Source of the DNA: Candidatus Omnitrophota bacterium
GTDB taxonomy: Bacteria; Omnitrophota; Omnitrophia; Omnitrophales; Aquincolibacteriaceae
NCBI GenBank assembly: GCA_022709525.1
Contig: JAKLIQ010000004.1
Span: forward strand, 73,260-137,259
Reading direction: 5' to 3'
Length of the DNA stretch: 64,000 nucleotides
Shown: positions 1 through 9,588 of the stretch, piece after piece
Layout of the letters: each line of letters begins with the position of its first letter
Numbering within the stretch: the stretch's first letter is position 1
The notes under the pieces: model-generated
Database searches by the model: none
The model's input: the letters and a program-made list of their open reading frames with translations, nothing else
What the model was told of the DNA's origin: nothing
Program-made: the position numbers and the translations under genes

Positions 1-625
1 TGTTTCCAACGAGCTAAAACCGGAGCAGATGATCCACGCAAAAGGCAAAACGGTTCTTGTGATCGGTGGGGGCGATACGGGTTCCGACTGCGTCGGTACT
101 GCGAACCGGCAAGACGCGAAAAAAGTCTATCAATTCGAGATCCTGCCGAAACCAAAGGATTGGAAAGAGACCTGGAATCCTGTTTGGCCGAGTTGGCCGC
201 AGATCCTGCGCACATCGACTTCTCATGAGGAGGGATGCGAGCGGGACTGGGCCATCACAACCAAAATGTTCTCCGGAAAAGACGGAAAAGTCCATCAAGT
301 CCATTGTGCGCGGGTCCAATGGGAACAGGATAAAGCGACGGGACAATATAAGATGAAAGAACTGCCGGGCTCCGAATTCACGCTCCAAGCCGATCTCGTG
401 CTGCTCGCTATGGGATTCGTCCACGTGGAGCACGGGAGGCTTGTCAAAGAGCTCGGTGTGCAGTTGGATTCGCGGGGGAACATCGCGGTCGATGCAGGTT
501 TTGCGACAAGCGTGAAAAATGTTTTTGCGGCCGGTGATACAGTGCGCGGGGCGTCGTTGGTTGTCTGGGCGATCCGGCAGGGCCGCGAGGCCGCCGCCGC
601 TGTCGATTCCTGCCTTAAGTCTTAA
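1..625 (+). CDS. gltD: C-terminal part (5'-truncated at window edge) of glutamate synthase small subunit-like NAD(P)H/FAD oxidoreductase
   Basis: ORF is open to the window start in frame 2. It carries a GGGDTGSDC dinucleotide-binding motif and an AAGD motif, giving a GltD/pyridine-nucleotide-disulfide-oxidoreductase-like C-terminus. Confidence 0.6.
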   Translation, partial: VSNELKPEQMIHAKGKTVLVIGGGDTGSDCVGTANRQDAKKVYQFEILPKPKDWKETWNPVWPSWPQILRTSTSHEEGCERDWAITTKMFSGKDGKVHQVHCARVQWEQDKATGQYKMKELPGSEFTLQADLVLLAMGFVHVEHGRLVKELGVQLDSRGNIAVDAGFATSVKNVFAAGDTVRGASLVVWAIRQGREAAAAVDSCLKS

Positions 626-645
626 CTTCGATTTTTTTATTCTTC

Positions 646-654
646 TGGTATAAT
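646..654 (+). promoter_or_regulatory. Extended -10 element TGgTATAAT upstream of tRNA-Thr
   Basis: TGGTATAAT read directly ~24 nt upstream of the tRNA 5' end, with a T-rich stretch upstream. Confidence 0.4.
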
Positions 655-677
655 TCACGCCTCAATTCTTGCGATAC

Positions 678-749
678 GCTGGAGTAGCTCAGTCGGTAGA
701 GCAGCTGTTTCGTAAACAGCAGGTCGTCGGTTCAAATCCGACCTCCAGC
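678..749 (+). tRNA. tRNA-Thr (anticodon CGU)
   Basis: A 72-nt cloverleaf was folded by hand. Acceptor stem GCTGGAG/CTCCAGC, D-arm GCTC..GAGC, anticodon stem GCTGT/ACAGC with loop TT-CGT-AA, T-arm GTCGG-TTCAAAT-CCGAC. No encoded CCA. Confidence 0.85.
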
Positions 750-759
750 TTTTTATTCT

Positions 760-2190
760 TTACCGGGCGCGCCGCAGGGGAGTCGGCAGGATCTTCAGGA
801 CTTCCCGGTATTTTGTCACGGTGCGCCGCGCGATCTGGATCCCCTCGTCTTTTAGCGCATTCACGATCGCCTGGTCGCTCAAAGGTTTCTTAGGATCCTC
901 CGCTTCCACCAATCTCCGGATCCTTTCCATAATGCTTTTCTGCGATTCCCCTTCACCGTCCCGGGTTTCAAGCTTTTGCGAGAAAAAGCTCTTGTAGGAA
1001 AGCGTGCCTTGAGGGGTCTTCAGATATTTTCCATGGATCGCCCGGCTGATGGTGGATTCATGAAGATTCAATCGCTCGGCGATATCCTTAAGGCGTAGCG
1101 GGCGCAAATAGGCGAATCCGCGCGTGAAGAAAAGCGGTTGGGCGCGAACGATTTCTTCGGTGATCGCGCGGAGCGTAGAGCCCCGGAGTTCGATCGCCTT
1201 CATAAAATCCATCCCGCTCGCAAGGCGGGTTTTGAGGAAGTCTTTGGTTTTGCCGTCGAGATTTTTCTCCCGGAGCATCCGGCGGTATTCGTTATTGATG
1301 CGAAGCTCCGGCACAAAGTCGTTGTGCATTTCGATCTCGAGGCCGTCCTTGGTCCCTTCTTTGATCGAAACGGTCGCGTCAGGAGTTACGGCGATCGGTT
1401 CTTCCGAGTAAAAGCTGCGGCCGGGTTTCGGCTCAAGACGCCCGATAAGTTCGACCGCTTTTTTGATCTCCTGCTCGCTTGCGCAAAAGATCTTGGCGAG
1501 CATTTTCCAGTCGCGTTTCCCAAGCAAGTCGAAATGGTCCCGGATGATGCCTTTAGCGAGCGTCGCTTCTGTGCCTTTTCGTTCCAGCTGGATCAGAAGC
1601 GTTTCCCGGAGGTTCCGCGCGCCGATTCCGGGAGGATCGAGTTTTTGGATCTTAAGGAGGACCTCTTCGACGGCGGTTGTATCCGTTTTGACCGCCGCGG
1701 CGATCTCTTCAGTCGTTGCTTTAAGATAGCCATCCGGATCGATATTGCCGATGATCTCGGCCCCGATGCGTTTTTCGGCGGCGTTCAGATCGAGAAAACG
1801 CAGCTGGAATTCCAGATAATCAAAAAGACTTTCCGGTTTTGTGATCAGCGTTTCTTGGAAGTCCTTGACCTTTCTGGCGTCCTCGGCTCTGCGCCGCGAG
1901 AGGTCGGAAGGGGCCGATGAAAAAGAAAGAGGCTCTTTGGCTGCCCAATCGTCAGGAAGGGTCTCTTCAGGATCCTCTTCCTCAGAATTCGTTCTCGGCG
2001 GTTCGGAGGCGTCGGGGACCTCAGAGTCTTTCGACCGGGAAACCTCCTCGAGCATAGGGTTTTCCTCTAAGGCGGCTTCGACCGCTTTCCGCAGCTCGAG
2101 CACGGGAAGATGAAGCAGGCGCAGATATTCCCGCATCTGGGGCGATAGAACGGTCTTCTGAGATTGGGTCTGATCAAACCTTGGCTCCAT
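760..2190 (-). CDS. rpoN: RNA polymerase sigma-54 factor
   Basis: 476 aa. C-terminal RpoN box (ARRTVTKYRE) and HTH (ESTISRAIHGKYL), a Gln/acidic-rich N-terminus and the sigma-54 core region. Confidence 0.9.
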   Translation of the reverse strand: MEPRFDQTQSQKTVLSPQMREYLRLLHLPVLELRKAVEAALEENPMLEEVSRSKDSEVPDASEPPRTNSEEEDPEETLPDDWAAKEPLSFSSAPSDLSRRRAEDARKVKDFQETLITKPESLFDYLEFQLRFLDLNAAEKRIGAEIIGNIDPDGYLKATTEEIAAAVKTDTTAVEEVLLKIQKLDPPGIGARNLRETLLIQLERKGTEATLAKGIIRDHFDLLGKRDWKMLAKIFCASEQEIKKAVELIGRLEPKPGRSFYSEEPIAVTPDATVSIKEGTKDGLEIEMHNDFVPELRINNEYRRMLREKNLDGKTKDFLKTRLASGMDFMKAIELRGSTLRAITEEIVRAQPLFFTRGFAYLRPLRLKDIAERLNLHESTISRAIHGKYLKTPQGTLSYKSFFSQKLETRDGEGESQKSIMERIRRLVEAEDPKKPLSDQAIVNALKDEGIQIARRTVTKYREVLKILPTPLRRAR

Positions 2191-2261
2191 GCGGAGAACA
2201 TATCACGGTGGGAAATCGTTGTAAAGCTAGGAGATTTGAGGACTTAGGGGGAAGAAAGCAT

Positions 2262-2289
2262 TTGACACCCTTTGCTATTTTTTTATAAT
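2262..2289 (+). promoter_or_regulatory. Near-consensus sigma70 promoter, TTGACA-16 nt-TATAAT, directed at accD
   Basis: TTGACA at 2262-2267 and TATAAT at 2284-2289 read directly. Located in the rpoN/accD divergent intergenic region. Confidence 0.6.
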
Positions 2290-2312
2290 GGTTGACGGTT
2301 TTAGCAAGTTGC

Positions 2313-2358
2313 GCCACGGGATTGGTTCCGGAATCAAGGTCTTTCTCGTGGCTTTTTT
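2313..2358 (+). promoter_or_regulatory. Hairpin (GCCACG...CGTGGC with internal palindrome TTCCGGAA) followed by T6 in the accD leader; attenuator-like element
   Basis: Inverted repeat and T-tract read directly. Lies between the predicted transcription start (~2296) and the accD ribosome-binding site. Confidence 0.35.
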
Positions 2359-2376
2359 GTATGAGGGGGACCCTCT

Positions 2377-3240
2377 TTGCCTCAGAAGGAGAAAGCTGAT
2401 TTAATGACGCAAGCGCCCGCGCTCCTGGTCACAAAAGGCCTCAGAAAGAAAAGCATGCCGGCCGGTCTTTGGACGAAATGTCCAAGCTGCCAGACGGTCA
2501 TGTTCAACAAAACCCTCAAAGAAAATCTCCTTGTTTGCGCGAAATGTTCGTATCACTTCATCATGGGCGCCCTCGAGCGCATCCACCATCTGGCTGATGA
2601 GGGTTCCTTTGTCGAGATCGACGCGAACCTTCGTTCCGAAGACCCGCTCAAATTCTCCGCCGTCAAGGCCTATACCGAAAAGATCAAGCAGGATCAGAAA
2701 AAAACCGGGCTTAAAGAAGCTTGCGTGACGGGGACCGCAAAGATCCTCGGTCATGATTGCGCCTTAGGGGTTACGGATTCGCGTTTCATTATGGGCTCGA
2801 TGGGTTCGGTGGTGGGCGAGAAGATCACGCGTCTTATAGAGCTGGCCTTGGAAAAGAAACTTACCCTGATCATTATTTCCGGTTCCGGAGGCGGCGCGCG
2901 CATGTACGAAGGGGCTCTCAGTTTGATGCAGATGGCCAAGACTTCGGTTGCGCTCGCCCGTTATCAAAAAGAAAAACTCTCCTTTATTTCGGTCCTGACC
3001 AATCCGACGATGGGCGGCGTGATGGCGAGCTTTGCTTCGCTCGGGGATGTCATCATCGCGGAGCCGCGCGCGCTTCTTGGGTTTGCGGGTCCTCGCGTCA
3101 TCGAACAAACGATCCGCCAGAAACTTCCGCCGGATTTTCAGACCTCGGAGTTCCTGTTGGACCATGGCCTTGTCGATATGGTGGTCGATCGCCAGCATCT
3201 AAAACAAAAACTCGGACTTTTACTCGAATATTTGCGCTAA
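2377..3240 (+). CDS. accD: Acetyl-CoA carboxylase carboxyltransferase subunit beta
   Basis: N-terminal C4 zinc finger (WTKCPSCQ...CAKCSYH) and carboxyltransferase domain. TTG start at 2377 preceded by GAGGGGG. An alternative ATG at 2404 is preceded by AAGGAG. Confidence 0.9.
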   Translation: MPQKEKADLMTQAPALLVTKGLRKKSMPAGLWTKCPSCQTVMFNKTLKENLLVCAKCSYHFIMGALERIHHLADEGSFVEIDANLRSEDPLKFSAVKAYTEKIKQDQKKTGLKEACVTGTAKILGHDCALGVTDSRFIMGSMGSVVGEKITRLIELALEKKLTLIIISGSGGGARMYEGALSLMQMAKTSVALARYQKEKLSFISVLTNPTMGGVMASFASLGDVIIAEPRALLGFAGPRVIEQTIRQKLPPDFQTSEFLLDHGLVDMVVDRQHLKQKLGLLLEYLR

Positions 3241-3255
3241 TCCATCGGGGGCACC

Positions 3256-4362
3256 GTGGCGAACGTTACTTTAAAAAGCGTCTCAAAGATCTACAAGGAC
3301 GGCGTGAAGGCCGTCAATAATGTCAGTCTCGAGATCCCGAACCGTGAGTTTGTCGTGCTTGTGGGGCCTTCCGGCTGCGGCAAATCCACCACCCTTCGCA
3401 TGGTAGCCGGCCTCGAAGACATTACCGAAGGGGAGATCTTCATCGAGAACGTCCTCGTCAACCATGTTCCCGCGAAAAACCGCGACATCGCGATGGTGTT
3501 CCAGAATTACGCGCTTTACCCGCACATGACGGTTTATGAGAACCTGGCGTTCGGCCTCAAGCTTCGCCGTTACCCGTTCAAAGAGATCGAACGGCGCGTG
3601 CACGAGGCTGCCGAGATCCTGGGATTGACACTTGAGATCCTGAAGCGCCGGCCCAAAGAACTTTCCGGCGGGGAACGTCAGCGCGTTGCGGTCGGCCGCG
3701 CGATCGTCCGCAAGCCCAAAGTCTTTCTTTTTGACGAACCGTTGAGCAATCTTGATGCCAAACTCCGCGTCCAGATGCGCATGGAGCTCCAAAAGCTGCA
3801 CAATCGGCTGCAATCGACCATGATCTATGTCACGCATGATCAGGTGGAAGCTTTGACGCTCGGAGACCGGATCGTGGTCATGCATCACGGGATCGTCCAG
3901 CAGGTCGCCGACCCCGTCAATCTCTATGAACGCCCGCACAATAAATTCGTCGCGGGTTTTATCGGATCGCCTCCGATGAACTTTCTTAAGGGCACGATCC
4001 AGGCCGAGGATGGCGATTATTATTTCCAGGACCGAAGCATCAAGTTGCGCATCCTCCCGCATTTTTATTCCCGCATCGCCCAGTATAAAGGCCAAACGCT
4101 GACGATGGGGATCCGGCCGGAGGATATTTATGACAAAATTTTCGCTCAGGACGCAAGGCCGGAATTTACGATCACCGCAACGGTCGATGTGGTCGAGCCG
4201 ATGGGTTCGGAGATCTATCTTTATCTCACCAGCGGCAGCAATAATTTTGTCGTACGTGTTTCCAACCAGGACACGGCCGCCATGAACCAGGACTTGCAGG
4301 TGGTGTTCGACATGAGCAAGGCTCATTTCTTCGATCCTCAAACAGGCGTTGCGATCTCATAG
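3256..4362 (+). CDS. ABC transporter ATP-binding protein, MalK/UgpC/MsiK-type sugar importer ATPase
   Basis: Walker A GPSGCGKST, signature LSGGERQRV, Walker B FLFDEPLSNLD, plus a C-terminal TOBE-like regulatory domain. No permease gene is adjacent. Confidence 0.85.
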   Translation: MANVTLKSVSKIYKDGVKAVNNVSLEIPNREFVVLVGPSGCGKSTTLRMVAGLEDITEGEIFIENVLVNHVPAKNRDIAMVFQNYALYPHMTVYENLAFGLKLRRYPFKEIERRVHEAAEILGLTLEILKRRPKELSGGERQRVAVGRAIVRKPKVFLFDEPLSNLDAKLRVQMRMELQKLHNRLQSTMIYVTHDQVEALTLGDRIVVMHHGIVQQVADPVNLYERPHNKFVAGFIGSPPMNFLKGTIQAEDGDYYFQDRSIKLRILPHFYSRIAQYKGQTLTMGIRPEDIYDKIFAQDARPEFTITATVDVVEPMGSEIYLYLTSGSNNFVVRVSNQDTAAMNQDLQVVFDMSKAHFFDPQTGVAIS

Positions 4363-4379
4363 TGACGAGAGTCTAGCAA

Positions 4380-5825
4380 ATGGGCTCACAAACCCGACGT
4401 CAGATCGCTTTTGCGCTCGGCCTGGGAACGGCCCTTCTCCTCGCGTATCTTCTTGTTTATACCCTTGTCCAGCTCAAGAACACCGAAGTTCCTGAGATCT
4501 ATCTCCAGCGTATCGCTCTCATTTTGACCGCCCTTGCCTTGCCGCTTTTTACGACCTGGTGGCGCTTTAAATGGCTTGGCGTCAATCTCATCGCTTCGCT
4601 TTTCCTTGTCCCGCTGGTCCTTTTTGTCGTCTCGATCACAAAGATCCCTGTATTTCTCTGGGTGTTCCTGGCTTACGGTTTCATCATGTTCATGCTTTAT
4701 CGCACGGAACAATATTTTGAGACACAGATCGCGATGATCGGGATCGAGCAGGAAAAATACGAAGATGAAACAAATAACTTAGGGATCGCGTTCAAGGCGA
4801 AGGGCGAAGGGATCAGCACTTTTTTTGAAAAATATTCCACCTACTACAACCTGCGCAAGCTGGCTGAAGAGTTGACGGTCAGTCTTTCCTGGGCTGAACT
4901 CGCGCAAAAAGCCGTGGACCGGGCCATGGACTTTATCCCCCGCGGGGATTTCGCGAAGGTGACCTTGGCGCACGGCGAGGAGCGGAAACTCCCGGTCGTC
5001 GCTAAACGAAGGCTTCGCCCGGTCGGCAGTTGGAGCGGCAAGCAAGGGGACTTGTTCGATTTTTGGTGTATCAAGAACCGTAAGCGCTTGATCGTCATGG
5101 ACGCTCAGGAGGATTTTCGGTTCGCCTTAAGCGATGCGGAAAAGAAAGATAATGTCCGGAGCCTGATCATCGCCCCGCTTTTTCATGAGGGACGCGTCGC
5201 CGGCACCATCGCCATTCACGCGACCCGGCCGAGCGTTTTCAGCCATGACGATCTGCGGCTTCTTGATGCGATCGCCACGCTCGCTTCTTCCGCGATCTCA
5301 AACGCCATTCTCTATGAAAAAACCGAGGAGCTGGCGATCAAGGACTCGCTGACCGGCCTTTTTGTCCGCCGGTATTTTTTCGAGCGTCTGAAAGAAGAGC
5401 ACCGGCGGGCCCTTTTGCACCAGAAAAATCTTTCCTTTTTAATGTGCGACCTCGATCATTTCAAAGAATGTAACGACCGTTTTGGCCATCAGGGCGGCGA
5501 TCTTATGCTGATCCAGTTCGCGGAGATACTTCGCCAATGCCTCAAAGGGTCGCTTTTGGCCCGTTACGGCGGGGAAGAGTTTGCGATCCTTTTACCCGAA
5601 TCGACGAAAGCGGAGGCCGCAAAGATCGCCGAACAGATCCGAAAAGCGGTCGAGAAATCGCCGTTCAATATTCGCCGTGAGCAGGTCCAGATGACGGTCT
5701 CGATCGGCGTCGCAAGTCTTCCGGACGACACCCTAGATCTTGAAAATCTCGTTCGCAAAGCCGATGAAGCGTTGTACCGCGCCAAGAAAGGGGGGAGGAA
5801 TCGCGTATGCGTCGCCACCTCCTGA
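4380..5825 (+). CDS. Membrane-anchored GAF-GGDEF diguanylate cyclase
   Basis: N-terminal transmembrane helices, a GAF-like middle domain and a GGDEF domain with an RYGGEEF active-site motif. Confidence 0.85.
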   Translation: MGSQTRRQIAFALGLGTALLLAYLLVYTLVQLKNTEVPEIYLQRIALILTALALPLFTTWWRFKWLGVNLIASLFLVPLVLFVVSITKIPVFLWVFLAYGFIMFMLYRTEQYFETQIAMIGIEQEKYEDETNNLGIAFKAKGEGISTFFEKYSTYYNLRKLAEELTVSLSWAELAQKAVDRAMDFIPRGDFAKVTLAHGEERKLPVVAKRRLRPVGSWSGKQGDLFDFWCIKNRKRLIVMDAQEDFRFALSDAEKKDNVRSLIIAPLFHEGRVAGTIAIHATRPSVFSHDDLRLLDAIATLASSAISNAILYEKTEELAIKDSLTGLFVRRYFFERLKEEHRRALLHQKNLSFLMCDLDHFKECNDRFGHQGGDLMLIQFAEILRQCLKGSLLARYGGEEFAILLPESTKAEAAKIAEQIRKAVEKSPFNIRREQVQMTVSIGVASLPDDTLDLENLVRKADEALYRAKKGGRNRVCVATS

Positions 5826-7189
5826 CCCTTTCCGTCCTCGCCATCGCGATGTGCTTTGTCGTGTGGCAGTCCCGGCAAACCCTTCTTGTATATTATCTCT
5901 TGTCGACTTTGTGGGTCCTGCCGCTTTATTACTTTTTTAAGGAGCGTGCTTATGGTTTTTTGGTGTTTGCGGCGGCGGCGGTTCTTCTTCTCCATGGATG
6001 GTTTTTTCGCATCAGCCCCCACCCGCGCATGTTCGGATTGTGGTTGGTCCAGGCTCTTCTTTTCTCGGGGCTTTGTTATTACCGTTGGGAATTAAAGCGT
6101 CTTCAGGACCGGGCGCAAGAGGCAAAAGAAAATATCCGGAAAAGCCTGGAATCGTTCCAGGCAAAATACCAGACAAGACTGAGCAGCTTGAGGCACCTCG
6201 AGGTGCAGGTCGCAAGCCTGATGAATCTTTTTGAGATCGCCCGCGATTTCAGTGAATGTATGGATTTCAATACCCTGGCCGAGTTTTTGCTGAAAAAACT
6301 AAGGACCGAACTTGCCTTCGAAAAAATGCAGATCTTTCTTTTGAACCAGGGTTCCGCAGAAAAGAAAGCGGGACTCCCCAAGATCTATTCGATGCTCTCG
6401 GAAGGGGTCCGCGAAGAAGAGCGCGCCCTTACGGAATCCGAGCGGCAGGATTTTAACGCCCTGGAGCAGGCAAAAGGGATGGTCCGCCGGGAGGAAGTTT
6501 GGTATTTTCCGATCTTTGAAGGCAAAGAAATGAGCTCCGTTTTTGCGATCCACGGCATCAAGGAGGAGGATCTGGCCCGCGTCGAGGTCTTAAGCGCCTA
6601 CCTCGTTCTTTTGATCAAGAAGATCAAGCTCTATGAAACCGTCCGCGAACTGGCCATTGTCGATGAATTGACCCAGGTTTTTCTCCGTCACCACTTTTTC
6701 GAGCGTTTGGAGGAGGAGCTTCGCCGGAGCATGCGATTTAAGCTGCCGCTGACGGTATTAATGTTAGACATCGATCATTTCAAAAGATATAATGACGACT
6801 TCGGACACTTGGTCGGGGACGCGACGCTCAAGGAAGTGGCCGATCTCCTGAAACGGAATCTCCGCCGTGTTGATCTTGTGGGACGGTACGGCGGCGAAGA
6901 GTTCGTTGTCGCCATGCCGGAGACCCGCGTGGCGAATGCGGTGGAGGTGGCCGAACGTATCCGTTCCAACATCGCCCGGTATGATTTTCAGCTCTACAAT
7001 GTCAAAACCCGGGTGACCGTCAGCCAGGGATTGATCGTCTTTGACGGGGAAGCCGCCGCGCAACTTGAGAATGTCAATGTAAAAAACCTTGCGGTCGAAC
7101 TGATCCAGAAGGCGGACCAGGCGATGTATCGCGCCAAAGAAGAAGGCCGCAATCGGGTTTGTCTTTATAAGGAAGCCAAGAAATCGTGA
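5807..7189 (+). CDS. Membrane-anchored GAF-GGDEF diguanylate cyclase (paralog of the upstream gene)
   Basis: Same architecture: transmembrane helices, coiled coil, GAF-like domain and GGDEF with RYGGEEF. Overlaps the upstream gene by 19 nt. Confidence 0.85.
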   Translation: MRRHLLTLSVLAIAMCFVVWQSRQTLLVYYLLSTLWVLPLYYFFKERAYGFLVFAAAAVLLLHGWFFRISPHPRMFGLWLVQALLFSGLCYYRWELKRLQDRAQEAKENIRKSLESFQAKYQTRLSSLRHLEVQVASLMNLFEIARDFSECMDFNTLAEFLLKKLRTELAFEKMQIFLLNQGSAEKKAGLPKIYSMLSEGVREEERALTESERQDFNALEQAKGMVRREEVWYFPIFEGKEMSSVFAIHGIKEEDLARVEVLSAYLVLLIKKIKLYETVRELAIVDELTQVFLRHHFFERLEEELRRSMRFKLPLTVLMLDIDHFKRYNDDFGHLVGDATLKEVADLLKRNLRRVDLVGRYGGEEFVVAMPETRVANAVEVAERIRSNIARYDFQLYNVKTRVTVSQGLIVFDGEAAAQLENVNVKNLAVELIQKADQAMYRAKEEGRNRVCLYKEAKKS

Positions 7190-9540
7190 AGCGAATTTCT
7201 GAATTTAAAATTTCCGCAGGCCGCCTTTTTTTCCTTTCAGCGCTCTCCTTTTTTCTGGTTTTCTTCGTTGCCCTTTCTCCGGTCATGAGCGAAGAAGCCG
7301 CGGAAGAGAGCTCTTCCGAAAAACCCGCGCCTCGTGATCTTCCGCTGAAAAATATTTTTAATTCTTCCGACGCCAAAGTCGAAGCCGTGGCGGACACCCT
7401 CGAGTATCAGAAAGATACCGGAAAATTGATCGCTCGCGGCAACGCTGTGATCACCTATCAAGGGACGCGTATTCTGGCTGATTACGCCGAAGTCGAAACG
7501 GACGCCAAAAAAGCCTACGCGAAGGGCCATGTGATGATCTTTAAAGGCGATGAGCCCCAGATCCAGGGCGAGGAGATCTACTATGATTTTGGCAATCACA
7601 CAGGGACTTTCCCGAACGCCCGCGTCATGAGCCCGCCTTGGTACGCGCGCGGGGCGGACGTCCAACAAACTCGCGAAGGGGTTTATAAGGTTCAGAAGGG
7701 CGCGGTGACGACCTGTAATTTTGAAAAACCGCACTATGAGGTCCGCTGCAAAAAAGCGACGCTCTATGTCGACGAGAAGATCCTCATGCGGAATGTGACG
7801 ATCTATGTGCTGGGAAAGCCCGTTTTCTGGCTGCCTTTTATGGACGTTCCGCTTAACTGGCCCAATATTCCTATTCAGGCCACGGCCGGATATTCCAAGC
7901 AGTACGGGCCTTATGTCGGCCTCATGAAGGGGATCACGATCAACAAATATCTCTGGGGGCGGGCCCAAGTCGATTGGCGGCAAAAGCGCGGATTCGGAGC
8001 CGGCTGGGATCAATATTACAATTTCGGCAAATACGCTCATGGCAGCGTGAAACTTTATTTGACGCAGGATAAGAAAGCGCCGACGCCGGGATATGTTAAC
8101 GCTGACGGCGAACTTGATCCTTATGCGGAACGGCGGGATAAAAAACGCGGCAGGATCACGTGGCGGCACCGCACGGATGTTAATGATTACACGCACGTTT
8201 TGCTTCGTTACAGCCGCCTCGCGGATGAATATTTCCTGCAGGATTTTTTTGAAGAAGAGTATCGCGCTGAGATGCAGCCGCGCTCTTTTGTGACGGCGAC
8301 CCATAATTCCCAGCGCTACGGGGCTATGATCCATTTGGAAAAGAAAATGAACGGATTCGAGGCGCTTGTCGAACGCATGCCGGAAGTGCGCCTCGATTGG
8401 AAAAATCAGCCGTTTTTTACCGACAAGATCTTTAACGAAAGCCGCATTCAATTCGACAATCTCGCAAAAACTTACACACGAAGCTCGACGAAACAGGAGG
8501 CGATCCGGACCGACGCCTACACGAATTGGTACATGCCGCTTCGCTGGAACGATGTCAACATCATGCCGTTCGGCGGTTACCGGGGCACCTTTTACAGCCA
8601 ACAGGCCAATTCGAATTCCGCGACTTTTCGCAATATCGGGGAATACGGGATCGACCTAAGGACTCATTTTTACAGGACTTTCGATGTTTCGTTCGATAAG
8701 ATCGGTATTGAAGTCAACCAGCTCCGCCATGTCGCGGTTCCGATCGTTCGGGTTGAAGGCGCCGTATCCTCCGTCGATATGGACCGCTTGACGCGGTTCG
8801 ACACGATTGACGCGATCGACAGTTCTTCCCGCGTCGTGATGGGATTTGAGAACCGGCTTCAGACCAAGCGGGTCGTTGCCGGAAAAACACAGCGCGTCGA
8901 CATCGTAAGCCTTAACACGTATCTTTTTTATGAAATGCAACCGATCGACCCGACGATCGGCAATAATCAATTCACTTTATTCCGCAATGAGTTGACGCTT
9001 CGTCCGTACGAGTGGCTTCAGTATCAGGCAAAAGTTACTTACAGTTTTGCGACGACCTATTTTAAATCCATCACACAGGACCTGTTGATACGGAAGGGGC
9101 CGTGGAAGTTTCTTTTTGGGTACCGCTTTACTCACCGGCAATATGACTGGTATACCGAGCAGACCATCCCCACGAGCCAGCAATTCGTTTTTGATACACG
9201 CTACGTCTTAAATCACCTTTGGGAGGTCGGCGGTTTTATCCGCTGGGATACGAAGCAGCAAAAAGTGAACGAATGGGAAATTTCCGCAGCGCGCGATCTT
9301 CACGATTTCATTCTTGAGTTTGGCTACAACGTTCGTGATTCGTTGATCGACAGCAATAACATCGGAGCTTTCGTTAATTTCCGCATGAAGGCGTTCCCGT
9401 CCTATGTGCTTCGCTCAGGTCAGCGCGCCAGTTTTTCTGAGCCGCGGATCGGCGAAACGGTAGCAGGTGCCAATGAGGGGGCCGGTATGTTTGGAACCCC
9501 CACTATGACGGGCGCGCAACGGCTCATTTCCGAGCAGTGA
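7186..9540 (+). CDS. lptD: LPS-assembly outer-membrane protein LptD (OstA family)
   Basis: 784 aa. Signal peptide, an OstA-like N-terminal domain (GNAVITYQGTRILADYAEVETDAKKAYAKGHV) and a large C-terminal beta-barrel region rich in Y/W/F-ending strands. Confidence 0.75.
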   Translation: MKRISEFKISAGRLFFLSALSFFLVFFVALSPVMSEEAAEESSSEKPAPRDLPLKNIFNSSDAKVEAVADTLEYQKDTGKLIARGNAVITYQGTRILADYAEVETDAKKAYAKGHVMIFKGDEPQIQGEEIYYDFGNHTGTFPNARVMSPPWYARGADVQQTREGVYKVQKGAVTTCNFEKPHYEVRCKKATLYVDEKILMRNVTIYVLGKPVFWLPFMDVPLNWPNIPIQATAGYSKQYGPYVGLMKGITINKYLWGRAQVDWRQKRGFGAGWDQYYNFGKYAHGSVKLYLTQDKKAPTPGYVNADGELDPYAERRDKKRGRITWRHRTDVNDYTHVLLRYSRLADEYFLQDFFEEEYRAEMQPRSFVTATHNSQRYGAMIHLEKKMNGFEALVERMPEVRLDWKNQPFFTDKIFNESRIQFDNLAKTYTRSSTKQEAIRTDAYTNWYMPLRWNDVNIMPFGGYRGTFYSQQANSNSATFRNIGEYGIDLRTHFYRTFDVSFDKIGIEVNQLRHVAVPIVRVEGAVSSVDMDRLTRFDTIDAIDSSSRVVMGFENRLQTKRVVAGKTQRVDIVSLNTYLFYEMQPIDPTIGNNQFTLFRNELTLRPYEWLQYQAKVTYSFATTYFKSITQDLLIRKGPWKFLFGYRFTHRQYDWYTEQTIPTSQQFVFDTRYVLNHLWEVGGFIRWDTKQQKVNEWEISAARDLHDFILEFGYNVRDSLIDSNNIGAFVNFRMKAFPSYVLRSGQRASFSEPRIGETVAGANEGAGMFGTPTMTGAQRLISEQ

Positions 9541-9588
9541 TGTTGATCTCCTTCTAGGCGTTTCAAATATTCCCGAAAGGATATTGCG

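Noticed and set aside
678-749. tRNA-Thr as an integration site for a genomic island.
   Set aside because: No integrase, no partial tRNA direct repeat and no compositional break nearby. The flanking genes (rpoN, accD) are core genes.
3283-4341. 352-aa minus-strand ORF antisense to the ABC ATPase gene. Similar long antisense ORFs occur at 7237-8601, 1138-1920, 11833-12594, 12609-13316, 17221-17880 and 17772-18692.
   Set aside because: They lie entirely inside well-supported genes on the opposite strand. They have no recognisable motifs and are rich in Arg/Gly/Pro, typical of GC-skewed shadow frames.
5564-6022. 152-aa minus-strand ORF overlapping the junction of the two GGDEF genes.
   Set aside because: Antisense to two well-supported genes, with Arg/Lys-rich low complexity.
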